Source of the DNA: Dictyostelium discoideum
Taxonomy: Eukaryota
Length of the DNA: 64,000 nt
Direction of reading: 5' to 3'
Assembly (NCBI GenBank): GCA_000004695.1
Contig: CM000154.2
Span: 4,192,001-4,256,000 of the forward strand
Positions within the stretch are counted from its first letter, which is position 1. Each line of letters opens with the position of its first letter. Below, piece after piece: positions 25,898 to 42,221 of the stretch. The translations under genes were made by a program, and so were the position numbers. The notes under the pieces are model-generated. The model ran no database searches and was not told the DNA's origin. It saw nothing but the letters and a program-made list of their open reading frames with translations.

Positions 25898-27163
25898 TTA
25901 ATTTTTCATATTTGGGAAATAATTTTGACTTTTCATATAACCAATTAATTGTTCAGGTATTTCACAAAGTGTTTCAGCAGCTAATTGTTCAGGATCATTT
26001 TCATATTTTTTGAATGGTACGAATTGAACAATGTCACGAGTAGCAATAACACCATTTTTATCAGATAATTGATTTTCATCACCATCTAATTTTTTCATAA
26101 GTTCAAAAGAAGCAATACCAACACCAACGATAACGATTGATAATGGAGCTTTGGAGGATGCTTTTACAATTTCTTCAATGGTTTCTTCCATATCTGTGAT
26201 TTCACCATCTGTAAGTATTAATAGAATTGTATATTTTTGATTTTTAGAATCAACACCTTTAATTGACTTTTTATGAGCATGTTTAATAATCTCTTGAAAG
26301 TTAGTTGGATAACTTAATTTAATAGTTGGTATAACTTTATTATAGGTTGATAAAACTTCTTCAATACCGCGAGCTTCAGCTTTTGGACCGAATTGGAAAC
26401 AGTGGCTTGTTACACCACCGAATCTTTCAGCACCGAAACCCAATAATTCAATTTTACCATCGGAATCATATGGGGCTAAAACATTACCCACTGCCAAGAT
26501 AGATCTTGCATACTCACTTTCATGAGTTGGTGTATTGTAATGTAAAGATGTACGATCACTTGGCATACCATTTGAAGCTGTACAATCAATTGCAATCATT
26601 AAATTAATTTCACAACCACCCGATAAATAATCAATAAAAGTTGGTTGTGCAATTAATCTTGCATCTGTGAATACAATTTTACCACTATTTTTATAACTTG
26701 ATTTTGATAGCTTCTTTGGATTGATTAATGTGAATTCCCTAACTTGTCCTTTTAATATCTCATCAGTTGTAGTTTTAAATGAACCAATGAAATCATTATC
26801 ACCAATTGTATCATAATCCCAAAATTCAAATGTTAATTCTCTAAACATATCTCCACCATTAAACTCTTCCAATTTAAATATGATTGGATTATAAATTGGA
26901 TTAATATTACTCTTTATAACTGGACTTTGATAAACTAATAAATTACCATTAGCTGATGATTTAAAAATTTTAAAAAATGGATCACTTGAAAATAAATCCT
27001 TTTTATCTAATTTACTACCTTGAAGTTTTAAAATTATATTTTGACCAGTTTCTTGAATTTCTTCTGCAATAATTTCAATTGTACCTGTTTGTTTACCATT
27101 ACATTTAATTTCACCAATTACTTTTTTACCTGGTTTTGAGATTATATTACCTAATGTTATTGA
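25898..27163 (-). CDS. Copine, exon 3. It covers the end of C2A, the C2B domain and the vWA-like domain.
   Basis: Contains KLDKKDLFSSDPFF (C2B) and the vWA/copine core (INLMIAIDCTASNGMP...LGFGAE...ILLILTDGEITD). The frame is stop-free from the acceptor TTTTAG ending at 27164 to TAA at 25898. Confidence 0.8.
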   Translation of the reverse strand, partial: SITLGNIISKPGKKVIGEIKCNGKQTGTIEIIAEEIQETGQNIILKLQGSKLDKKDLFSSDPFFKIFKSSANGNLLVYQSPVIKSNINPIYNPIIFKLEEFNGGDMFRELTFEFWDYDTIGDNDFIGSFKTTTDEILKGQVREFTLINPKKLSKSSYKNSGKIVFTDARLIAQPTFIDYLSGGCEINLMIAIDCTASNGMPSDRTSLHYNTPTHESEYARSILAVGNVLAPYDSDGKIELLGFGAERFGGVTSHCFQFGPKAEARGIEEVLSTYNKVIPTIKLSYPTNFQEIIKHAHKKSIKGVDSKNQKYTILLILTDGEITDMEETIEEIVKASSKAPLSIVIVGVGIASFELMKKLDGDENQLSDKNGVIATRDIVQFVPFKKYENDPEQLAAETLCEIPEQLIGYMKSQNYFPNMKN

Positions 27164-27247
27164 CTAAAATTTAATTTTATTATTAATTTTATTAATTTTA
27201 TTTATTATTATTATTATTATTGAAATTTAATAGATTATTAATACATA

Positions 27248-27474
27248 CAAAGTCACCAATAGTATCATTTTTACCACCACCATCTATATCTAAAACTTCA
27301 AATTTTAAATTTTGAATTCTTTCAAAATGGTAATCAATTGTAACAGTTTTTTTAAAAACTGGATTTAAATTATTACTAATCATTTCTGTTGAACCAATAA
27401 GAATTGGTTTTGAATTATTATTATTATTATTATTACCTTTTTTTTCATAAACAAAGATTTGTGGATCTGATTTT
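27248..27474 (-). CDS. Copine exon 2 (C2A: TFSKSDPQIFVYEKKG...NPVFKKTVTIDYHFERIQNLKFEVLDIDGGGKNDTIGDF).
   Basis: Acceptor TATAG ending at 27475. Donor GTATGT at 27247-27242. Confidence 0.75.
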
Positions 27475-27578
27475 GAAAAGGTATCTATATTTTTTTTATA
27501 TTTTAATTAATTAATATATATTTAAACATTATTATTATTATTTTTTTATTTTTTTTTAAAAAAAAAGAAACACTATAC

Positions 27579-27816
27579 CCATATCTTTTAAATTCATGCA
27601 TTTAAATCTTAATTCAACTTTTGTACACTTTGAAAGGTTTATACCTTGATTTGAAGGATTAGACATTTGATTTGAAGGATCAATAGTTACTTTTGAAAGA
27701 TTGATAGTTGCATTTGAAACATTTACTGTATCATCAACTTTTGAAAGATTTATTGTTGCACTTGAAAAATTAGAATCTCCTTCTTTTGAAAGGTTAACAA
27801 TTGATGAATCACTCAT
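27579..27816 (-). CDS. Copine exon 1. It holds N-terminal INLSK repeats and then the start of C2A (CTKVELRFKCMNLKDM-).
   Basis: ATG at 27816. The exon ends ...GAT ATG G, followed by GTATAG at 27578. The splice restores NLKDMDTFSKSDP, comparable to the human copine motif NLLDKDIGSKSDP. The total is about 576 aa. Confidence 0.65.
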
Positions 27817-27895
27817 TATATTGATGTGTGATGTGTGTGTGATGTGTGTTTTATAACAATAATGATAATAAAAATAATGGGTCCATCATGTCAAA

Positions 27896-27931
<36 letters not shown>

Positions 27932-28162
27932 ATTTTTAAAAAAAAAAAAAAAAATAAAATAAAAAAAAATAAAAATTAGATATTTTCAACCAACTGTTTT
28001 TCCAAAAAAAACAAAAAAAAGACTTTTTGTAACCCACTTGCACCAAAAATAAAAATAAAAATAAAATAAAAATAAAAAATCAATGAAATGATTATTATAA
28101 TGATCGCAACAAAACAAAATATATGCCATTTGTTTTTGATACTTTAATTTTTTTTTTTATTC

Positions 28163-32968
<4,806 letters not shown>

Positions 32969-33009
32969 CTAAAAAAAAAAAAAAATTAATATATTGTTCA
33001 CCTGTGAAT

Positions 33010-33010
<1 letters not shown>

Positions 33011-33077
<67 letters not shown>
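33011..33077. repeat. (TAA)n microsatellite, (ATT)n on the gene strand, inside intron 2 of the Sac gene.
   Basis: About 22 perfect units. This explains the poly-I shadow ORF at 32899..33156 (+). Confidence 0.9.
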
Positions 33078-33080
33078 TAC

Positions 33081-33271
33081 CTCTTCTTCTGTTAATGAAA
33101 TTGGTATACGAGCAATTGGTGTAATTGTATGTTTTGCAACTCTATTTAAAATTTGAGTTTCACGAATTGATCCTATAGTTTCAAAATCTGTAATACATAT
33201 TATAAATGGTCCTGATAATAAATTTATTATTCCTAAACATCCAAATATTTTAACACATGATCTAATCGGTC
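33081..33271 (-). CDS. Sac-domain gene exon 2 (GPIRSCVKIFGCLGIINLLSGPFIICITDFETIGSIRETQILNRVAKHTITPIARIPISLTEEE).
   Basis: Matches the Sac-domain N-terminal consensus (I.G..G.I.L..G.YL.vIT....VG.I). Acceptor TTTACAG ending at 33272. Donor GTAATT at 33080. Confidence 0.6.
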
Positions 33272-33382
33272 CTGTAAATATTGAATTTTCATATACTTTA
33301 TATAATTTTTTTTTTTTTTTTTAAAAAAAATATTAGTAAATATTATTACTATTTATTGTGTATGTGTATATATATTATATAC

Positions 33383-33515
33383 CTTTTTGTTCAATTTTTA
33401 AAGTTGTTCTATCAATAAAAATTGATTTTGGATTCTTGTAAATAGTTAAATCTGGTTGAAGGACAACATATGAATCTAAAAATATTAGATTAATATTATA
33501 ATATAATTCATTCAT
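33383..33515 (-). CDS. Sac-domain gene exon 1 (MNELYYNINLIFLDSYVVLQPDLTIYKNPKSIFIDRTTLKIEQK + 1 nt).
   Basis: First ATG at 33515. Donor GTATAT at 33382. The phases are consistent (1 + 2), for a total of about 1709 aa. Confidence 0.5.
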
Positions 33516-34829
33516 TATGTTTTTGTTTAATGTTTGAAATGTTTAAATTATTATTGTTTTTTTTATTTTTTTTTTTTTTTATTATTATTATTACTATTAC
33601 TATTGATTATTGTTATTGTTTTTTTTTTTTTTTTTAAAATTAAAAATTCTAAAATAATCGAATTTTTATCGTTTATTATTATAATAATAATAACTTTAAC
33701 GATTTGATGATGTATGAATACAAATTTATAATTTTATAGTAATGACTATTTTAAAATGATAGTAGTCATAAGTGTATTATTATTATTTATTATTATAATA
33801 ATGTTTTATTTATATTATTGGTATTATTGTTTTTGTTATTGTTATTATTATTATTGTTTAAAAAAAAAAAATATAGTTTGCATAAAATTAGAAAATGTAA
33901 AAATGTGTGGATTTATAAATAAATTTTATGAAAAAAAAAAATAATAAAAAAATAAAAATAAAAATAAAAATAAAAAAAAAATAAAAATCAAAAAAAAAAA
34001 AAAAAAAAAAAAAAATGAAATTACATAATCCTGGTTTAGGAAAAAAATTCAGAACTAGCTGATTATAATAATCATTTTAAAAATTATTTTATTTTTTATT
34101 TTATTAAATTTATTTTGTTTTTATTTCATTGTTTTAAAAAAAAAAAAAAATTTATATATTTTATTATTAAATAAAATATGGGAATTTCTTATTTTTTAAT
34201 TAATTTTAATAAAAAAACTTCTTAAAATATTGCAAATACTATTAAAAATAAGAAATTTCCTAATTGATAATATAATTTATTAAGCAAAGAAAGTAATTTT
34301 TTTTTTTTTTTAAAAAAAGATTTTAATTTTATTAATATATTTGTATGTTTTAAAAAATTATAAATATTTAAATTTTCATAATAAAAATAAATAAAATAAA
34401 TAAATAAATAAAAATTACAGATAAAAAAGTATTAGAAAACTCTCAAGGAATGTATTTAAGGAAAGTTGATAAATACTTTTCTGAAAAATTTATTGGTTAA
34501 AACAAGAGGAGCCTATCGGAACCTATGGTAAATATTTTGAACCTATTTTTCATTCAACGGAGCATACCAGACCTATAATCTAAAACAATCCAAAAGAATT
34601 GGCAAGCTAAAGATGAAATTAAAACATTTGGAAAAGGATTAAATCATAATAATGCACAGTATAGTGGTAAATCCGAATAATAATTATTTTTTTCCTTAGA
34701 TTTTAATTAATAAATAAAAAAAAAAATAATTTTAATCTCTCATTGTCATAAATTTAAATTATAGTACCTTATCTCGGAAATTTAAATTTAATCTTCAATT
34801 AAATAATTATTAAAAATTTTATCTTTAAT

Positions 34830-34870
<41 letters not shown>

Positions 34871-36088
34871 ATAATTAAATAATTTTTTCCATTTTCATAG
34901 GACATATCCTCAATTTATTAATTTTAAACTTTCTAGAAAAAAAAAAAAATCAATCATTTTAAACACAAAATTATTCCATTTCCTCATTGGGTTATGACTT
35001 TTAAATTTTAAATATTCATTTTATTATTTTTTTAATTAATAATGTAGAATGGATTTTTTCGTTCGGGGAGAATTATAAATTAAAACTATTCATTTTTTTA
35101 TTTTTTTTTTTTTTATTTTTTTTAATTTAATTGGATCTATTTTAATTTGTGAAAATACTATTTGGGAAATTTATTTTTTTTTATTTTTTTTTTTTTTTAT
35201 TTTTTTTTATTTTTTATTTTTTTATTTTTATTTTTATTGTAAAGATTTGCTATAAGGAGGAATTTTTTTAATTCTAATATACTATTTTTAAAAAAAAAAA
35301 AAAAAAAAAGATATTTTTTAATCAAATAACTAACATATAAAATAATTTGTAAGTTTTAAAATATTATTATTATTATAATTATTATTATTATTTTTTATCT
35401 TTTCTCTTTTTCTTCCTCACTTTCAATATTACTAAATTTAATAATATTCGCTCTTATAAAAAAAAAAAAAAATAAAAAAAAAAATAAAAAAAATAAAAAA
35501 ATTAAAAACAATACAAGCAACACACATACAAGCACACCATTTTTCTCATTGAAATTTACTATTTTTATTATAAAATTAAAAAACAATAATTATTTTTAAA
35601 AAAAAAAAAAATAAAAAAAAAAAAAAAAAAAATAAAAAAAAAAAAATTTGGGAGTTGATCGATATATCTCATATAAATAATATTTTATTGTTGTTACTCA
35701 TATTATTATTATTTTACAATATTAGTATGTACATTCAAAATAAACAAATTACATTTCTCAAAAAAAAATAAAAATAAAAATAAAAATAAAAAAATAAAAA
35801 AATTTTTTTATTTTTTATTTTTTTTTATTTATTGCCTCTCCCCTTTTTGTTTAGTATTGTTTTGTTATTATAATCTTAATTTCAAATAATATTAATTTTA
35901 TCATATTTTCTTTTTTTTCTTTTTTTTTCTATTTTAAAATTTTTTTTTCCCTTTTTTTAAAATTCAATATAAATACTTTTACTTTTTTTTTATTTAGTTA
36001 ATAAATATTTCCTCTTTCAAATCCAATTTTAGAAAAAAAATAAAAAAAATCAAGATTTTTTATAATCTTTAATACTCAAATTTAAAAA

Positions 36089-36194
36089 ATGAATACCTCA
36101 AAAACTTTAATATTAGCCAATAATTTTAGAAACCAATTCAATAGAAGAATTACCACATATTCAACATTTACTTTAAGTCAAGTAAGAGGAAAAG
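36089..36194 (+). CDS. Exon 1 of a cryptic small 2-exon gene (MNTSKTLILANNFRNQFNRRITTYSTFTLSQVRGK + 1 nt). The N-terminus looks like a mitochondrial presequence.
   Basis: ATG at 36089. Donor GTAAAT at 36195. It sits in an otherwise gene-free desert and is not in the ORF track. Confidence 0.4.
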
Positions 36195-36271
36195 GTAAAT
36201 TATAAATTATAAAAATTATTAAAAATATATTTTAATTTAATATTAATAATATTTAAAATTATTTACTTTAG

Positions 36272-36462
36272 ATGGTAAACTTTATACTGTTCCACCAAAG
36301 CATTGGGAAGAGGGAATTTCAACACCAAGTGAATCAATTGTAAAAGCAGAAAGAGCTCCACCAATGCCAATCGAAGAATTACAAAGAGTGTCTGCTGCTA
36401 AATTTAGTTCAAGTGTTCCAAATTCTCAAAAAACTCCATTTTTAAATAAGAATATGCATTAA
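36272..36462 (+). CDS. Exon 2 of the same small gene (...DGKLYTVPPKHWEEGISTPSESIVKAERAPPMPIEELQRVSAAKFSSSVPNSQKTPFLNKNMH). Total 98 aa.
   Basis: Acceptor TTTAG at 36267-36271, phase-consistent with exon 1. Stop TAA at 36460-36462. Confidence 0.4.
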
Positions 36463-37550
36463 AATTTTTTTTTTTATTATTTCTAATTAGAAATAAATAA
36501 CAAAAAAAAAGGAAGAAAAGAAAAAAAACATATAAAAAAAAAAAATAATTATAATAACAATAAAATTATTTTAAAAAAAACTTTGTAAATAAAAAAACAA
36601 AAATAAAAAAAAAAAAAAGAAACCCACTTTAACTATATTTGTATTTTTGTGTAATGTTTTATCTGAGGTTGTATGGGTTTTTTTTTTTTTTAAACATTCA
36701 AAAAATGTATTAAATCTTGTATTATTTTTTTCTTTTAGATTTTGTTAAAATTGCAGTTGTGTGGGTATTTTATCTCAACATTAATAAAAAAATCTTACAA
36801 AAAACAAACGAAATCGACTCATAAAATTTTAAAACATAATAATAATATTATTATTATTATAAAATTATTAAACATATTAATTTTAAAATATTCCTTAATC
36901 TTTTTTTTTTTATGATAAGTGAATAAATGGGGTGTGGTGAAAATGAAAAAACAATTTTTTTTTTTTTTTTTTATTATTTTTAAAACAGAAAATGTTATTT
37001 CTATTATTAGATTTATTTTTACCAGATAATTCATTACCCCCTAAATTCAAGTATTTATAATAAACAAATTAGTCATACCATTCTTAAAAAAATAAAAAAA
37101 TAAAAAAATAAAAAAATAAAAAAATAAAAAAAATAAAAAAAAATAAAAAAAATTTTAATCACACATATGTATAAATAGATAAGATATATAAAATTTTTCA
37201 TTATTTAGGAAGTTAATTTTGGGGGTTCGTATTACAAGATAAATTTTGTAATTGATCATTGTTTAGGTTTTTTAATATTTTTTTAATTTTTTTATTTTTT
37301 TTATTTTTTTTTTTGTTTGCCCTTTTTGGTGTTGGTGCTGAGGAATTGTGATTTTTTTTTTTTTTTTAAAACTCCTATTATTATAATCAATACAATTAAA
37401 TGTCAAAAACCCTATTATACTTCAAATATGTCACTAATATTAAAAAAAAAAAAAAAAAAACAGTATAAATTAAAAAAAAAAAAAAAACAATATCTAATTA
37501 TAAAATAAACAAATCAAAAAATAACTAATCAAAAAAAAAAAAAAAAAAAT

Positions 37551-38435
37551 ATGAAAAATATATCTATATTAATAACTATATTATTATTATTTTTAACAAG
37601 TTTAATAATAAATTTATCAAATTCATATAAATTAGAAAGATATATTGAAGAAAAAGATTGGGAAATAATTGAAAATGAAAAAGAAAATGTATTTAAACCT
37701 GTAATTGTTGAAAGAAGAGAATTATTATTCTTTAGATTCCAAAGAAGTGGAAATACTGAAAATTCATCATCAACTGAATCTGTATCAGTAAAATTTGAAA
37801 TCCATTCAAAAGATATTCAAGAAACTTTTTATTTATTTGGATTAAATAATGAAACTTCTATTAGAAATATTAAAGATGTAGAATTAAAAGATAGAAAAGA
37901 AGAAACCACTCCAATTAGAAAAGAAGCTTGTTTCGACCCTATTAAACCATTATACTTTTCATTATCAATGTTTAATTATTTATGGGGTGGTGATTTATTA
38001 TTCACAATTCAAGAAAATAATTCAAGTTATTGTATAAATTCAATGCCTAAAACGAAAAATGAAACTATTACTCTTATTTCAACTGAAATTCCCACCCCTA
38101 CTCCTACTCCTACCTCTACCCCTACTCCTACCTCTACCCCTACTCCAACCCCTACCTCTACCCCTACTCCAACCCCTACTCCTTCAAAATTATCAAATGA
38201 TACTGTAACTTCTAATAATGTTACCTCTTCACCATTAATTACTCCAACGAGTGTGAGTGTTACTCCTTCACCACCAAAGGTTGAAAATGTACCTGTTATT
38301 GTATCAAATAAACAAAAAATTGAATCTGATTATACTGAATCTGAAGTACCAATTGATACTACTAAGAAATCTCTTGTGGAAACTAGTCCAGCTGTAGAAA
38401 ATAAACAAATAGAATCAAATAGTAATAATAAATAA
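37551..38435 (+). CDS. Secreted or type I membrane protein with a signal peptide (MKNISILITILLLFLTSLIINLSNS) and a (PTPTST)n Pro/Thr-rich stalk.
   Basis: 294-aa ATG ORF with an N-terminal hydrophobic leader and a PT-repeat tract, giving a glycoprotein-like architecture. Confidence 0.6.
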   Translation: MKNISILITILLLFLTSLIINLSNSYKLERYIEEKDWEIIENEKENVFKPVIVERRELLFFRFQRSGNTENSSSTESVSVKFEIHSKDIQETFYLFGLNNETSIRNIKDVELKDRKEETTPIRKEACFDPIKPLYFSLSMFNYLWGGDLLFTIQENNSSYCINSMPKTKNETITLISTEIPTPTPTPTSTPTPTSTPTPTPTSTPTPTPTPSKLSNDTVTSNNVTSSPLITPTSVSVTPSPPKVENVPVIVSNKQKIESDYTESEVPIDTTKKSLVETSPAVENKQIESNSNNK

Positions 38436-38497
38436 ATAAAAAAAATATTAATTTTATAATTTACATAAAAAGTATTTTATTTTATTGTTTGTTGTTG

Positions 38498-39122
38498 TTA
38501 TTGTTGTTGAGCATGTAAAGTTTTATGAGCAATTGTAACAGCTTTAACAGATAAATAACTTTGAATTGCATATTCAGATAGGTCACGACCAATACCAGAT
38601 TGTTTATAACCACCAAATGGTATTGATGGCATGATTGAATAATATTCATTAATCCAAACTGAACCACTTTTTAATTTATTTGAAACATTTAATGCTAAAC
38701 TGATATCTTTAGTCCAAACACCAGCTGCTAAACCATAGGTTGTGTTATTTGCTCTTTTAATTACTTCATCAACAGTTTTGAATGGTAAAATTACAACAAC
38801 AGGACCAAAGATTTCTTCTTTACAAATTGTCATATCATCAGTGACATTGGTGAAAATAGTTGGTTGAACGAAATAACCTTTACCATCGGCATGATGATAA
38901 TTACCACCACCTAAATGACAAGTTGCACCTTCTTCTTTACCTTTTTGGATGTAACCTAATACACGATCATGTTGTTGTTTACTAACTAATGGGCCTAAAT
39001 TTGTACCATTTACATTTGGATCACCAACTTTTAATAATTTAATATTCTCTGTGAAAATTTGTAAAAATGCTTCATAGATATTCTCTTGAACAAAGAATCT
39101 TGATGGAGCACAACATGACTGC
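38498..39122 (-). CDS. Aldehyde dehydrogenase paralog A, exon 3 (G + QSCCAPSRFFVQE ... to the C-terminus). It includes the catalytic Cys.
   Basis: Acceptor TTATAG ending at 39123. The frame is continuous with the track ORF at 38498..38833. ALDH motifs are QSCCAPSR and EEIFGPV. Confidence 0.85.
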
Positions 39123-39252
39123 CTATAAAATTTTAAAAAGGGTGAAGAGGGGGGTTGAAAAAAAAAAAAAAAAAAAAAATTAATTTTCCAGTTCCAATTT
39201 TTTCTTTTGGTTAATTAAAAAAGGTAAGATAATTATATATATATATACTTAC

Positions 39253-39962
39253 ATGCTATTGGCGAAAACGTAATCCTTAGCACATTGTGCAATATGGTTA
39301 ACGTCACAGTCGTTAAAGAAGATATTTGGTGATTTTCCACCAAGTTCTAATGTCACTGGTTTTAAATTACTCTTTGCTGCACCCTCCATAATTAATCTAC
39401 CAGTTATAGTTGAACCAGTGAATGAAATCTTATCGATATCCATATGATGTGATAATGCACTACCAACAGTTGCACCAAACCCATTTACTAAATTGAAAAC
39501 ACCAGGTGGGAAACCAGCTTCTTTAATTAACTCACAAAGATATAACGCAGTCAATGGGGTGAATTCAGATGGTTTAGCAACGATTGTGCAACCTGCAGCT
39601 AAAGCTGGTCCCAATTTCCAACATAATAACATACATGGATAATTCCAAGCAACAATTAAAGCAACTACACCAATTGGTTCATGTCTGGTAATTGATGTAT
39701 ATTCATTACTAATTGGAATGGTTTTACCTTGAATTTTATCAGCCCAACCACCGAAATAACGAAGAGTCTTTTCTGATTGTGTTATATCATATCCTTTTGA
39801 TGCTGTCAATGGTTTACCATTATCTAATGTTTCTAATTGTGCTAAATTATCTTTATGTTTTTCAATTAAATCTGCAAATTTTAATATAATTCTACCTCTA
39901 TCTTCAGATGTCATTTTACTCCATTCTCCATTTTCTAATGCTTCTCTTGCTGCTTTCACTGC
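39253..39962 (-). CDS. ALDH-A exon 2 (AVKAAREALENGEWSKMTSEDRG ... ELGGKSPNIFFNDCDVNHIAQCAKDYVFANS-M).
   Basis: Acceptor TTATAG ending at 39963. The exon ends ...AGC AT, and the donor GTAAGT at 39252-39247 contains the track ORF's stop. The ELGGKSP glutamate motif is present. Confidence 0.85.
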
Positions 39963-40083
39963 CTATAAAAAAAAATTTTGAAAAAAAAAAAAAAAAAAAA
40001 AAAGGGGTGAAGAGGGGATTAATTTTCCAGTTCCATTTTTTTTTTTTTTTGTTTTATTAAAAAATTATTATATATATACTTAC

Positions 40084-40233
40084 AATATCAACATCAGCTT
40101 TATCACCTTCAGAAACTTCACAAATTAATTCTTCATTCACTGGATTAAATGTTTTAAATTTCTTTCCAGAAACTGACTCTACCCATTCATTATTAATAAA
40201 TAATTTTGTGTTTGGTAATTGAACTTTTGACAT
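40084..40233 (-). CDS. ALDH-A exon 1 ([50 protein letters not shown]).
   Basis: ATG at 40233. Donor GTAAGT at 40083-40078. The exon is 50 codons, the same as exon 1 of paralogs B and C. Confidence 0.85.
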
Positions 40234-40731
40234 TTTATTGTTTAATTAAACTTTAATTGATTGAATAAAAGAAAAAAAAAAAACATTTTCGTTTGCAGTC
40301 TTTTTAATAAAAAAAAAAAAAAAACAAAAAAAAATAAAAAAATAAAAAAATTAAATTAAAAAAAAAATAAAAAATAAAAAAAAAATCTAAAAATTTTCAC
40401 AATCAAAAAGCAACACTGTTTCGGTTAAAAATAATTTTAATTAATTAATTTTTTTTTTTTTTTTTTTAGATATATAAACGATTTTCGAAATAACACTTTC
40501 CTTTTATAAAAAAAAAAAAAATAAAAAAAAAATAAAAATAAAAATAAAAATAAAAAAAAAAACCAAACTGATACCCAAAATAATAAATAAAAAAAAAAAA
40601 AAAATAAATAAAATAAAAGAATAAAACTAAAATATTCCAGAACATTTTATTTTAAAATAAAATTTTTATTTTATTTTTTATTTTATTTTTTATTTTATTT
40701 TTTTTATTTTTTTTATTTTTTTTATTTCATT

Positions 40732-42069
40732 TTATTGTTGTTGAGCATGTAAAGTTTTATGAGCAATTGTAACAGCTTTAACAGATAAATAACCTTGAAT
40801 TGCATATTCAGATAAATCACGACCAAAACCGGATTGTTTGAAACCACCAAATGGAATTTGAGATTTTAAGATATTGAAACCATTTACCCAAACTGAACCA
40901 CTCTTTAATTTATTTGAAACATTTAATGCTAAACTAATATCTTTAGTCCAAACACCAGCTGCTAAACCATAGGTTGTGTCATTTGCTCTTTTAATTACTT
41001 CATCAACAGTTTTGAATGGTAAAATTACAACAACAGGACCAAAGATTTCTTCTTTACAAATTGTCATATCATCAGTGACATTGGTGAAAATAGTTGGCTG
41101 AATGAAATAACCAGCACCATCGGCATGATGATTATGAACTTCACCACCTAAATGACAAGTTGCACCTTCCTCTTTACCCTTTTGAATGTAACCTAAAACA
41201 CGATCATGTTGTTGTTTACTAACCAATGGACCTAAATGAGTTTCACTATCATATGGATCACCAACTTTTAATTGTTTAATCTTCTCTGTGAATATTGTCA
41301 AGAAAGCATCAAGAATACTCTCATGAACAAAGAATCTTGAAGCGGCACAGCATAGCTGCATACTATTTGCAAAAACGTAATTTTTTGCAGCATTGGCCAC
41401 ATATTCAATGTCGCAGTCACCAAAGATGATATTTGGAGATTTACCACCAAGTTCTAATGTCACCGGTTTCAAATTACTCTTTGCAGCAGCCTCCATAATT
41501 AATCTACCAACTCTAGTTGAACCGGTGAATGAAATCTTGTCAACATCCATATGATGTGATAATGCATCACCAACTACATCACCAACACCATTTACAATAT
41601 TAATTACACCAGGTGGGAAACCAGCCTCCTTAACCAATTCACAAAAGTATAAAGCAGTCAATGGGGTGAACTCAGATGGTTTAGCAACTATTGTACAACC
41701 TGCAGCTAAGGATGGTCCCAATTTCCAAGACAATAGTAACAATGGGAAATTCCAAGCAACGATTAATCCAACTACACCAATTGGTTCATGTTTGGTCATT
41801 GCAGTGAATTCACTACTAATTGGGATGGTTTTACCTTGAATTTTATCAGCCCAGCCACCGAAATAACGTAAAGCTCTAGCAGCTTCAGTAATATCAAAAC
41901 CACTTGATGCTGTCAATGGTTTACCATTATCCAATGTTTCTAAATCTGATAAATGCTCTCTATGTTGATCAACTAAATCTGCCAATTTCAATATTAATTT
42001 ACCTCTATCTTCTGCTGTCATTTTACCCCATGGTCCATTGTCTAATGCATTTCTTGCTGCTTTAACTGC
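40732..42069 (-). CDS. Aldehyde dehydrogenase paralog B, exon 2 (AVKAARNALDNGPWGKMTAEDRG ... to the end). It has no second intron.
   Basis: Track ORF at 40732..42021 extended upstream to the acceptor TTTATAG ending at 42070. Motifs are ELGGKSP and QLCCAASR. Confidence 0.85.
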   Translation of the reverse strand, partial: AVKAARNALDNGPWGKMTAEDRGKLILKLADLVDQHREHLSDLETLDNGKPLTASSGFDITEAARALRYFGGWADKIQGKTIPISSEFTAMTKHEPIGVVGLIVAWNFPLLLLSWKLGPSLAAGCTIVAKPSEFTPLTALYFCELVKEAGFPPGVINIVNGVGDVVGDALSHHMDVDKISFTGSTRVGRLIMEAAAKSNLKPVTLELGGKSPNIIFGDCDIEYVANAAKNYVFANSMQLCCAASRFFVHESILDAFLTIFTEKIKQLKVGDPYDSETHLGPLVSKQQHDRVLGYIQKGKEEGATCHLGGEVHNHHADGAGYFIQPTIFTNVTDDMTICKEEIFGPVVVILPFKTVDEVIKRANDTTYGLAAGVWTKDISLALNVSNKLKSGSVWVNGFNILKSQIPFGGFKQSGFGRDLSEYAIQGYLSVKAVTIAHKTLHAQQQ

Positions 42070-42221
42070 CTATAAAATAAAAAAATAAAAAAATAAAAAA
42101 ATAAAAAAATAAAAAAATAAAAAATAAAAAATAAAAAAATAGAAAATAAAATATTAATTAATTACTTAAAAAAAAAAAAAAAAAAAATTCTATTCATTAA
42201 AAATATTGTTTTTATACGTAC

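Noticed and set aside
37317-37508. Lys-rich 63-aa + ORF and other short ORFs in A/T homopolymer deserts (19874..20104, 33756..33944, 35395..35586, 36819..37034, 46217..46441, 48113..48304, 49999..50316, 52024..52212, 52658..52882, 55910..56182, 57382..57711).
   Set aside because: They are translations of poly-A/poly-T tracts (K- or F-rich) with no coding periodicity.
38482-38667. Minus-strand 61-aa ORF overlapping the ALDH-A terminal exon in another frame, and the 44080..44262 (+) ORF inside ALDH-C.
   Set aside because: They are alternative frames of strongly supported ALDH coding sequence.
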